Assembly: GCA_964035545.1 (NCBI GenBank)
Contig: OZ037769.1
Span: 2,790,001-2,854,000 of the forward strand
DNA: 64,000 nucleotides
Direction: 5' to 3'
Source: Bugula neritina
Lineage: Eukaryota > Animalia > Bryozoa
The notes under the pieces are model-generated. The model saw nothing but the letters and a program-made list of their open reading frames with translations, was not told the origin of the DNA and made no database searches. Below, piece by piece: positions 41,295-53,053 of the stretch. Numbering within the stretch: the stretch's first letter is position 1; every line of letters starts with the position of its first letter. The position numbers were made by a program, and so were the translations under genes.

Positions 41295-44200
41295 TTAGCT
41301 GACTGTCAAATCATCAGCCTTGAGCTTCTTGCTGACCGTCTCATCACCACCATTCGGCGCCGACCTTTTCCTGTCTCCGGTGGCGGCCATATTTTGTTCA
41401 ATAACCTCCATTTCATCATCTGAATCTTCTACAAGTTGAACAAAATTGACTCACAGTAACTACAACAATCTACAGTAACTGGAACAATCTACATTCTACA
41501 AAGCTGCAACAGTTTATAGCAATTGCAGCAATATATAAAGAACATAACATTGTAGTCAACAATTATTATAATTATAGCAATTTTAAGTTGTTATGTCCTG
41601 CAGAGATAATCTACAACAAGAATAAAAAGCACACAAGCTGGAATTGGCCCATAACAATGAAAGTCCTATTGAAGCTGCCACCAGGCTGGTATAACTACAA
41701 AATAGCCAACTGGTTCCATGAGAGCTCAAAGAATAGAAGGTAAATGTCAAGTCAGCTGACTTTAGCACATAACATACCTGTCTTAGCCTCGTTGGTAAGT
41801 TTTTCAGGCTTAGCGTTGAGTTGGGATCTATCAACTATCAACTTGTACAGTTCACCCTCTTCCAGTGAGGTTCTGCAATACCAACACAGAGACGTGTAAC
41901 AACTCAATAACAAATCCATACACAGACACAACACAAAAACCTGCATACACTGCACAATAGTTAGATTATACCTGCATACACTGCACAATAGTTAGATTAT
42001 ACCTGCATACACCTCACAATAGTTAGATTATACCTGCGTACACCTCACAATAGTTAGATTATACCTGCAAGCACTGCACTGTATCTCCATATGCAAACAT
42101 ATGTATAAAATAACAGGTAAATGAGATACAGAAATTTGTCACATGTCACTCACGTCACGTTGACAATAATGACGAGGTTATACTCTTGTAGAAAATCGTC
42201 ACACTTGAGACGACTTCCCTCCAGAATGTTGAATTCGGAGAGATATTTGGTTTCATTTCCTTCCGTTACTCCCTCCTCATCAGTGAGCAGAATCGTGCCT
42301 TTACCATCATCCAGTTCAATGTCTGGTGACTGCATACCTAACTCTCCCTTCAGCACCTGTAGCAACACATGTACATGTAGTAACAGATGTACATGTAGCA
42401 ACACATGTACATGTAGTAACAGATGTACATGTAGTAACACATGTACATGTAGTAACACATGTACATGTAGTAACAGATGTACATGTAGTAACACATGTAC
42501 ATGTAGTAACACATGTACATGTAGTAACAGATGTACATGTAGTAACACGTGTACATGTAGTAACACATGTAGAGGTATAATCACTGTAGAGGTATTAGTA
42601 CTGTAGCAACACATGTACATGTATCAGTAACATTACAATACACACATGTACCCTGTGAGTATACCTTTTCGCTAAGACTCTGCAGTGTCATTGAGGAAGG
42701 GTCAACTTGTAGGATGACTTCAGGTTTGTCTGAGCAGACGTAGCACTTGGGGTTAGCTTTATCCAAGACACACGGGTTGAGTAACATCTTATGGGGGTTC
42801 GGTTTTCTTACCAGATATGTCTGCAATATACAATATAGTATTCATCATAGTATAGTACTCATAGTATAGTACTCATAGTATAGCACTCATAGTATATTAC
42901 TCATAGTATCGTACTCATAGTATATTACTCATAGTATAGTACTCATAGTATAGTACTCATAGTATAGTACTCACAGTATAGTACTCACAGTATAGTACTC
43001 ATAGTATAGTACTCATAGTATAGTACTCATAGTATATTACTCATAGTATAGTACTCACAGTATAGTACTCATAGTATAGTACTCATAGTATAGCACTCAT
43101 AGTATATTACTCATAGTATCGTACTCATAGTATATTACTCATAGTATAGTACTCATAGTATAGTACTCATAGTATAGTACTCATAGTATATTACTCATAG
43201 TATAGTACTCATAGTATAGTACTCATAGTATAGTACTCACAGTATAGTACTCACAGTATAGTACTCATAGTATAGTACTCATAGTATAGTACTCATAGTA
43301 TAGTACTCATAGTATAGTACTCATAGTATATTACTCATAGTATATTACTCATAGTATCGTACTCATAGTATATTACTCATAGTATAGTACTCATAGTATA
43401 GTACTCACAGTATAGTACTCATAGTATAGTACTCACAGTATAGTACTCATAGTATAGTACTCATAGTACAGTACACTACTTACAGCTTTACACTTTTCTA
43501 TGCCCCCACAAACAATCTTCATACACTCCATGACCTGTACAGCTGCTATGATAGCGTTGGTAGTGGCTATAGCGGGTATAATGTTACCAGCCATGGCTAA
43601 AACAATTATATACTATATATTGTATGCAGTATATGTTAGAGTATCCTACCGCTAGTAGCTCTTACCAATCATATACTATATATTGTATGCAGTACACGTT
43701 AGAGTATCCTATCGCTAGTAGCTCTTACCAATCATATACTATATACTGTATGCAGTACATGTTAGAGTATCCTATCGCTAGTAGCTCTTACCAATTATAT
43801 ACTATATACTGTATGCAGTACATGTTACAGTATCCTATCCTTAGCTCTTACCAAGTATACAAAACCACCTTGAAGTGTAAAAGAAGTATGTGAATTTACA
43901 CCCTGTGTAGTATAACTGCTTCATCAGAACACAACAGGGGTGTTTCAATATAATGTATCTTTTAGGACAACTTGTGTTGAGTGTATAATAAATAGAATCC
44001 AGCTTTAGTACGATTTCAAGGGTGAAGAAACAGTCAAAAACTTGAGAAAAACCTCGTCAAAAAATTCGGATTTTAAAATTCCATTAGACGGATTTTATGA
44101 CTTATTGTAATCATGCGCCAACTTTTCTATATAATCGTAGCGTAGAGTTATATACAGTATTAATAAGAAGTATACACAAAGTATACAAGTGGTTATAAGA

Positions 44201-47200
44201 AGTATACAGAGTATACTAGTAGTTATGAGAAGTATACAGAGTATACAAGTAGTTATGAGAAGTATACAGAGTATACAAGTGGTTATAAGAAGTATACAGA
44301 GTATACAAGTAGTTATGAGAAGTATACACAGAGTATACTAGTAGTTATGAGAAGTATACGAAGAAAGAGAGAGATAATTGCACTCACATTTGATGTCAAA
44401 ACGAGATTTCCTCTGTATGTGGAAAATCTGCATTCTCAAGTTGGCAGCACTGGCTACAAAGTCCATGGCGGCAGGTTCATCCTACCAACACCAGAGATGT
44501 ACAGACAACATATAATATTATACATACTCGTACATCATTAGACAATACTATGTAATATATTGTATTATGTACATTATGCAATACAATGTAATATATTATG
44601 TTACAACATGTATAATATATACAATGACATGTACTATATTGTACTATATTATGTATAATATACAATATTATGTAACAGATACCATATTGTATGATATGTA
44701 AAATATAACAGTGTGCCTGTTAGTTGGTATAAGAAACTGGGTTATGTGGCAATGCAGTATCGGGAATATTGTATCATTCTATAATATAACAAATGCTAAT
44801 AAATTGACATATGATAAAGTGGTGAGGGAAAGAGAGGATGCAGTGAACTATTAGAGGGGGAGGGAGAGGATGCAGTGAACTATTAGAGGGGGAGGAGAGG
44901 ATGCAGTGAACTATTAGAGGGGGAGGGAGAGGATGCAGTGAACTATTAGAGGGGGAGGATGCAGTGAGCTACACTAACCTTGTCCCACACAAGCGTATCG
45001 TCTGTGGAATTCTCTTTCAAAAGACGGAGATCTGCCAACGAGGAATAGAAAGTCTGTTTGCAGCCCTGCACCGACCAGACCTTCTGAGAGGAGAGACCAG
45101 AGTCTACACCACCATCTGCTTCAGCTGGTTGTGATAACGTACACATGTGTTAGACTGGATGTGATAACTAATGTACACATGTGTTAGACTAGGTGTGACA
45201 AACTGCGTGTTGCTGTGTCAAGGTCGCAATAGGCTACGAGATTACCTGCACTGTCAACTAGTTTATTCACATCAGAGTCTAGAGGTTGAGGCGCTCGTCT
45301 GCTCTTCCAGAGATTTTCCATAGACAGCAAGTAGTGTATGTCATTGATAAATAACTGCAAGGAAAGTCAGCAACCATGAGAGTAAAACCATAAAAACAGT
45401 AAACAGCATGAGATGTGAATAATTTACCAACATCATATTCCTACACTTGAATACAAAGTAATAATTTCTATTATCTATAAATAGATTTTCTATGAGTGTA
45501 GCAAGTATTTCTAGAGAATATTTCTACTAATTTATATACATAATATAGTGGATAGAGATCTAATTAATACAGTGAAATAATATACAGTACTTATTTCAAT
45601 CTTCTGACACAAGTAAACTGTGTAAAATTGGATTACATGTAGAAATTAACAGAACCGTATACTATATTAATGAAACTATATGCTATGCTATTTCCATAAC
45701 TTTAAATTGACCTCTAAAGTAACTCATCCAAATAGAAGTAGAACTCAAGACAATCACCTTAGTAAACAGTTTATCCGCATCATATTTGGTCTCCTCCGCC
45801 CACTGCCTGGTACTAGCTCGCTGTATGCCTCCTGTAGCTCCTTGCACGGCCTCTTTGTCCAGAGCTGACTTACCAGCGTCTGCTGCCAGCTCTGGGTCCT
45901 CTGTATCTGGAGAGACATCTTGGTCAGGATCTTCTTCCCCAAACAGTTGGCTGTCGAAATATAATGTAGTGTTTATTACTGACTGTTAGAGTGTGTATTG
46001 TATATGACTAACTCATATGGTATATAGCGTATATAACTAACTCAGAGGGTATATAGCATATAATATGTAGTGCATATAACACAGACTGAAAGTAAATGGT
46101 ATAGAATAGTAACAACATAAGAGTGAGTGATACAAAATATAAATTTCTCACCAAATTTACCTTCTATTAAAATTCACAAGTTTAACCAAGTATTTCCATT
46201 GTCATTATTTTTACCAAAACAAATAAAAGTTACAAACTTGACAAGCAAATCAACAAGCTAGTGAAATGACTTACTTGAACAAATGTTTGGCCCAGACTAT
46301 ACAGTGAATTGGTTCAGACGGTGTGTTGCGTATTGTACAGCCTGGGAACGACTTCTGTGGAGGTTTGGGTTGACACTCATAGCATTCAGTTAACCCCCTG
46401 AAATCAAGAAACATACCAGCTACAGTACAATATATAGACTAACTACATTACAATATATACTAACTACAGTACGATATATACTAACTACAGTACAATATAT
46501 ACTAACTACAATACAATACATACTAACTACAATACAATATACTAACTACAACACAATATATACTAACTACAATACAATATATACTAACCTCTTTATCACT
46601 TGCACTTGTCCGAGATACCCCGCAGTGCCGGCTTCTATCAGAGGTACCTTGGCAGCCAGACACATCCTGTTAACATGAGTTCGAGCAGCTAGAAAGTACA
46701 GCACACATATTCATAGTACACATATGATTGACTGTAGTATTACTTAACATGGGTTAAGAATAAACATAACTACTGAAACATTGTTTCAAAACCAAGCATA
46801 CAATTAAAAACTAGAAGCTCCAAAAAAAGAAAATAGAAAGGAAATAGCTAATTACTAAAGATGTATATACTGCGTCAGAGTTAGATTTAAAACATGTGAA
46901 CTAAGAGCCAATTTTACACTTTCTAGTTTAACTTTCAAAAGAGTTGTTTGCATTGGTGAAGTTTTGCATCATATTTTCACAGAATGTCAGTGAAACAGAT
47001 TAGAAACAAGCACTAGAAAGAGGGTTTACACACCCCGGTTATCTAATGCATTGAGGACGACGTCAAACTGTTTGAAGAACTGAACCCCATAGGCGGAGTT
47101 GAAGATACTGTCGTGATACGCTTTGATATTCACATCCTTCCGATATGCCAGAACACTTTCTCGGGCAACCTAAGAAAAAACAACACAACAATAAATAAGA

Positions 47201-49135
47201 CACAGAATAGATTTGTGAAAATAAATCATGTATGAAAAATGTGCTATTTGCTTAAACTCCCGTCTCTGTAAAACACAACTTTTGATAGAGTTAAGAGATG
47301 TATTTTAAACCATGCTGAAAGATAGCTTCATTTGAAGGACAAGAACAGGTAATATTGGGTGCTGTTCTATATTTCACTGATAACCATGAGCTGAGTATAG
47401 ATGGGTGTCCCCTCCCTCCCCCAAACCATATTATTTATCTGATAACAATGTTGAAGAAAAGTGCCAAAGAATGATCAAATATGGTTGAACATTTCTTTAC
47501 CATACTTACTTATCCCATTAATATGAATTGCATTCATATAAATGGAATTCATTATCAACAGCTTGTACAACAAACAGTGGGTTGACATAAGTTTATAATG
47601 AACAAATATATTTAATGGAGTTCCACACAGAAAAATAATATGCTTTTACTTCCAAGATCTTTATAACTACGACATGTTGTTCTTGAATGAAAATATCTAC
47701 AATACAAGAACTCCAGGCACCTACAAGACAACCTACCTGAGATTTAGACTTGCCAACGTGCTCTTTACGAAATAGAAACTGCCGGTTTAGATTGCTCACG
47801 TCAATTGTGTCTAAATCAATCTGTAACGGAATATTACAGCAAAAGTTAACATAAGTATACCATGTAACATAGTTTGCTATAGAGATGAGTTGAGAAAAGT
47901 GACTACTAGCTAAAACCTGAAAGCATAAAAGCAGTGAGGGCACACATAATATTCTGAATTAAAATTATCATTAACTTAAACAGACTTAACACTAGCATTA
48001 ACTTCAGATAATAATTTCATAGCTATAATAATGGTTAGGCAACAATTATTATGACTATGGTTACTCTTAGTAGGATGATAATGATGGCAAATAGACATCG
48101 AGAAGTTAATTAAGGCATATACTTCAAAATAATCAGTGTACATTCTTACAGTATAAATATTGCAACGATTTATTTTCATATGCTTGTAAGAATAGGCACA
48201 CAACTACATTATGTTAAGTAGTAGTACATATGAGAATAGGCACACAATTACTATTACTATAAAAAAATTTTAAAAACGTTGTTAAAATAAGTCCAAAATT
48301 ATATTTATCAACATATCTATATTCCTATTGATATTCATACTGATACTAACATTAAACATGACCATCTATAGTTATACTTAAAGTAATTCAAACTGTAACA
48401 TTTATACTTATACTTATAGTTAATTATTAATAATAATATTAACAGTCACACTAATACTTAAAGCCAAAAATTAAATTTAATTTATAATTGATAAAATTAA
48501 ATGTAATAGTAATACTAGCGTTTAACAGCAACACTAACACAGTAACAGTGTAAGTGTAATACTAATACTAATACTAATAGTTATAGTAATACTAATACTA
48601 AAAGTAAAACAATGCTAAAATGTAATACTACCAGTATTGCTATAACTATTACTAATTCATTCATTCACATTGTCATTGTGATTAACGAGATTGATCGCCT
48701 AGTAGTGACTGTGATACTAATGGTAATTTAGATTGTGCTTTTCAATTTTCTCATTTTCTTTTTGAGTAATCAACTAATACTGTTTTTGACTAATCGATCA
48801 AAACACAAGTAATTCCAAAAACTAATAAATTTTACATGCTCAACTTTAAATTTAACTTAAGGACAATATTTGAAGCTGTAATTGCTTACCAGATGAATAT
48901 CTTGGAATCCAACTAGAACCAAGTTTTTCAACAGTTCACACCCGATCCCACCTGCTCCGACAACAAACAACTTGGCATTTTTAATAGAAGAAACTAAATT
49001 TTGTTGAAAAGGACTGTTAGTGTTAGTACTGCCCGTGGCAGTAAGTAAATTGGAACCATTATTTATACTGTTATTAATATTGGCATTAGATTCCATAGTG
49101 ACAGGTTGAGTTTTCACTGTGGAGGAAGCTGCCAT
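41295..49135 (-). CDS. UBA2: SUMO-activating enzyme subunit 2 (~643 aa); exons 49135-48890, 47820-47737, 47169-47034, 46688-46589, 46397-46275, 45950-45758, 45354-45246, 45124-44979, 44481-44388, 43596-43484, 42820-42665, 42356-42154, 41872-41778, 41428-41295
   Basis: [41 protein letters not shown] and CYVC zinc pairs, catalytic [43 protein letters not shown] and a C-terminal basic NLS-like segment. Confidence 0.96.
41938..42075. repeat. 31-bp minisatellite x~4 in UBA2 intron 12
   Basis: ACCTGCATACACTGCACAATAGTTAGATTAT repeated. Confidence 0.9.
42357..42572. repeat. 18-bp minisatellite x~12 abutting the UBA2 exon-12 acceptor
   Basis: ACATGTACATGTAGTAAC repeated. Confidence 0.95.
42843..43472. 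repeat. 14-bp minisatellite (ATAGTATAGTACTC) x~45 filling almost all of UBA2 intron 10
   Basis: Directly visible. Confidence 0.95.
43605..43855. repeat. 63-bp minisatellite x4 next to the UBA2 exon-10 acceptor
   Basis: Units start at ~43609, 43672, 43735 and 43798. Confidence 0.92.
44155..44360. repeat. 30-bp minisatellite x~7 near the UBA2 exon-9 donor
   Basis: GAAGTATACAGAGTATACAAGTAGTTATGA repeated. Confidence 0.9.
44830..44968. repeat. ~31-bp purine-rich minisatellite x4-5 beside the UBA2 exon-8 donor
   Basis: GAGGATGCAGTGAACTATTAGAGGGGGAG repeated. Confidence 0.9.
46418..46588. repeat. ~21-bp minisatellite x~8 starting at +1 of UBA2 intron 4
   Basis: The minus-strand unit GTTAGTATATATTGTATTGTA begins with the donor hexamer. 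Confidence 0.9.
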
Positions 49136-49814
49136 ACTTTTTGCTGAGCACGTGATATTGCCTATGGTCTGTAATATTGCGAGTGAAGACAGTCTGGAAA
49201 AACCAATACATCATTTTATTTCAAAGCACATCTTTTTACTTTGTGAACACAGGTTTTTAAAAATAGCGATTCATATTATTTTTGTTTTATCTAACAGTGA
49301 ATTCGCTTTAATGAATAAAGTCCCAATCGGGCGCATATCTTTAGATATACCGAGCGCGTCGGTAATTTAGGACAGCTATTCAGATTTTGCAGCAATGTGC
49401 ATGTCATTGTGATTGTCATTGTGTGCTAGTGCTAGTCATTCACTTTCTGTACACTCACCACCGTGTCCAGTTATTGCAGTTAACTGTAAAGGTATTATTA
49501 ATATTCAATTCATATTATAACTATTGGATTGGAGTAACATTCATTCTGAAGTTAAAGCTTCATCTAATATTGCTATAGTTATTAATATTTAATAAATTAT
49601 ATGAATATCTTATATCTCATTAATATTATTATTAGTTATTACTAAGTCTAAGAGTAAGACTAGTAATTTATAAAAACAGATGAAGGATATTTTTTATTTT
49701 AGTACGAAGGCTAAAGTGAAGTCATTCATCATTGTGCTTAGTCTTTCAAATGTAGATGTAATATCAAATTTTAAAATGTTGAGCTGACAGTGACTATTGC
49801 ATTTGTTTTACTAG
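49136..49814. promoter_or_regulatory. Probable bidirectional promoter shared by UBA2 and MMACHC
   Basis: Divergent start codons are 680 bp apart, with a CACGTG E-box (~49150), CCAAT motifs (~49203, ~49323) and a local CpG cluster at 49328-49362. Confidence 0.6.
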
Positions 49815-51543
49815 ATGGATGCAAAACTAACTGAAGTGAGGGATGAAGCAGAAAGTCGAGGCTTTGTTACGTACACTTTTAAGGTATTTATTCAATTTCC
49901 ACGAGCATTTTTTCTCATTTTTTAGTATTTTTGATGACTCTCTATAAGTATAACTCAAACTTGTTTCATAATTTTTATTTTCTGTTCACTACTTGGTGAA
50001 ATCATTTTTACATGCCATACATTTAGAAGTCTGCAACCTAGACGTTTGTCATGTTAGGTTGGGTGGTACAATGATGCAGTGAGTGATGCCTTCAAGCTGC
50101 CTTTTAAATATGATGCCTTGGGTGTTTTACTGTTGAGCAGCCCAGATATGTTTGAACTCAATTTCCTTCCCTATCTCAAAAGTAACCCTACACAGGAAGT
50201 TCACCGTGACCCTCTAGATTGCTCCGTGGCTGACTTTGTGTCACATTTAAAGAAGGTATGGTTGTTAATAATATATAAAATATATATAAATATACTCAAC
50301 TAAATCTGTAAACAACAGTGATTTTGAGGCTTGTCTTCTCCTCATCATAGAACACAGTGGGTAGTGTAATATAAATAAATATAGATAATATTTTCAGTAA
50401 AACATATATATGATAGTAATTGATAATATTAGTCTAATAATAATTTTATATATTAGTAAAATATAGGTGATGTAGTTAGTAAAACTATTGAACATTATAT
50501 ACTTTGATGAGGGCTTTAGACTGTGGTGAATCATAAAATTTTGCAAGTGAATTTTTCAGCCAATTACCACATTCTATTCAGTACGTAATTATTTACCATC
50601 TAACATGCTGCAATGTCCATTATCATGTCAATATAGCTCTTGTGTGTGTTGGCAATAATTTTGCTAAACAAATAAAAACAACAAGGATATATGTAATTGG
50701 AATACAGATGGCTAACATTAAGGCTTTAAGATGAGCAGCTGTTTTATGTTTTAGAGCATTCTCAGGGATGAGGCAGTTGAAACTTATTTTGATTACGAAA
50801 TGGATCCCCGAACTCGGCGACCTCGAATTCTTCTGCAAACAGTCGGCCATGTTTCAGGGGCCGCCTTCTACTACCAGCAGATGCATGTCAGTGATTCGGA
50901 GTCGTCTAAGGTAAATATACGTGAAGTAATCTTTGGACACTTGCTAGTTTGAAGTGCATATGAGCCTGCCTTAAACGTACCTGTAATGTTTTAGTAATAA
51001 AGTGAATCAGGACAAGAAAGCTGCTTTGTCACCTGTATTGTTATTTTACCTCAGTTGCAGGAGTCACGTCAGGCCAGCAACAGGATATATGGTTTACTGT
51101 GCTTGTATGTACATTTATGAAGTTCAATAATAAATTAGTCTAGATCTGTGTAACAAGCTACTAAGACATTTCCTTGCTGCTCCTATCGCAGAAGACAATA
51201 ACATTAAACTACCTCAAAGCTTTTTTTTATTTTGCAGAAGCTTAATGGTGTCTCCATTCACCCCGACTATGGTGGTTGGTTTGCATTCCGTTCTGTGATG
51301 GTCTTTCCACATCATTTTCTTCCTCGTGATTTATCCCCCAAACCACCTGTTGATGTTGTCCCAGGAAATGAAGACAGATTAAAGTTACTCCTGTTATTCA
51401 ATGATCACTGGAAGGATAATAGGTTTAGAGACATAATACAGCCGAAGAAACGGTATAGTGAGCTGCAGCAAAAGTATTTTAACACTCTGCCTGCCGATAG
51501 AAAGATATTAGTGAATGATTATTTATCAGGGCTTCCTCTGTGA
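49815..51543 (+). CDS. MMACHC: Cyanocobalamin reductase/alkylcobalamin dealkylase CblC (~242 aa); exons 49815-49883, 50058-50255, 50755-50910, 51238-51543
   Basis: Motifs GF.TYTFKVGWYN, SSPDMFE, DPLD, FDYEM..RRPRILLQTVGHVSGAAFYY, GVSIHPDYGGWFAFRSV, FNDHWKD.RFRD and YSELQQKYF.T.P.DR. Confidence 0.95.
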
Positions 51544-53053
51544 ATACAACATGGAAGATTTGCTGCATTCCATCAAATTTTAGACAAATCTAATATAGAT
51601 TTTTGTTAATTTTATTATATTTTTGTGATTTTATTTTGTTAATTACTCATTTTTTATGTATACAATTCTATTAAGTTTTATTGTTGTGATGATCTCCCAA
51701 CTATTATTTTCTCTGTAATTGTTACCAGTGTGGTGTGGCTTTAGCTTTAACTTAAACTAGATTCACTTGTAAGATATTTTTGTAGTCCTATATTTTACTG
51801 CATTCTATTGACTGTGCAATATTGTTATATAGCATTTTGGTTTGTGTTGACAATTTTTTCCATTCTTAGTTTTTGTGTGAATTAATAAAGGAATGAGGAA
51901 ACATGTTATAAGTTGAACATTGTTCACATAATTATCTGTGTTAAAATGTTGCAGTTTTGTGGTTTTATAATCCTAATGCCTTTTTATTTCAGTCCTATTT
52001 TTTATAGTAATTCTTATAAAAGTTGTGAAGCAATACAATTGTGTGAGTGTACACTTTTTATTTCTAGATATAGGATAACTTATGGATAAAATGTTGAGTA
52101 TGGTTGCTGCTGGAGCAAATCTCATAACATGATTTGCATCCAACTTGTCATAATTATCCCTCAACATGCATATTTCCAGCATTAAATATTAATACCAGGT
52201 TAATCTGCAGATGTGGTGCTTGCGTCAGAAAAGCTACTTCATAGTGGAATATGTCTCTAAAACTACACTAGAAAAAAAGTTAAAGCCAATGCATCGACAT
52301 ATTATTAGCATAAACTTCAAGTTAGTTTGAATTGATATATATATAATTTTGTTGAAAAAATTGTGTGTCAATCTTCAGCAGTTAAAAAAGTTTTTGCTGC
52401 CATGCTGCATTGAAAAGTTTTGTATTACTAATTACGCAACTTTGTAGTGTCAAAGTGTTGATTCTACACTTCTAGTATACTTCCACCCCAACAAGTTCTC
52501 ATCTACATAATAACCTCATATTTAATTAACAGTTACTTTGATTAAGCGAGACTAGCCTATTATAATTTTTATATATCTAGTATATGAAATACAAATTTGT
52601 ACTTATTCAATCTGATTTACTCTCATTATACAGTGAAACTGAAAGCTAATGTATACATTGGTCCATCACCTAAGCTGAGTGATGTCTGCCTCTACAAGTG
52701 TATTTATATTGAGTATTACCTGATCATGCACCTCTAGATAAAACCTTATTTTCCAATACTTAGTGTAGTAAAATTTAAAATACATATAATTCTTTATGTC
52801 TCCAAACTTTAGGATTGCTAGCATACTTGTATCATTGACAAAACACTTTATTGATCTAAAAATAGCTACAATTGCATGCATAAAGTTTCAAGAACATAGA
52901 TATGTTTTAGTTGTGTTTGTTTATCTGGAAAATAATTTGCTATATTTCAACAACAATACGAAACAGCTGTTTAGTTTACTATTACAAGTAGTCACAAAAA
53001 CAAGCATCTGCAGAGAGAGCAACTCTAGTCTTGTGGCTAGTTAGTATCGTTTG

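Larger units (their letters stand above)
36449..41911 (+). repeat. Tandem segmental duplication, unit 2 (~5.5 kb)
   Basis: Colinear with 31354-36444. Confidence 0.92.

Noticed and set aside
42121-42620. CSNTCT, HVHVLL and THVHVV repeat ORFs resembling metallothionein or His-rich proteins
   Set aside because: They come from the 18-bp minisatellite in UBA2 intron 11; only 42356-42154 is coding.
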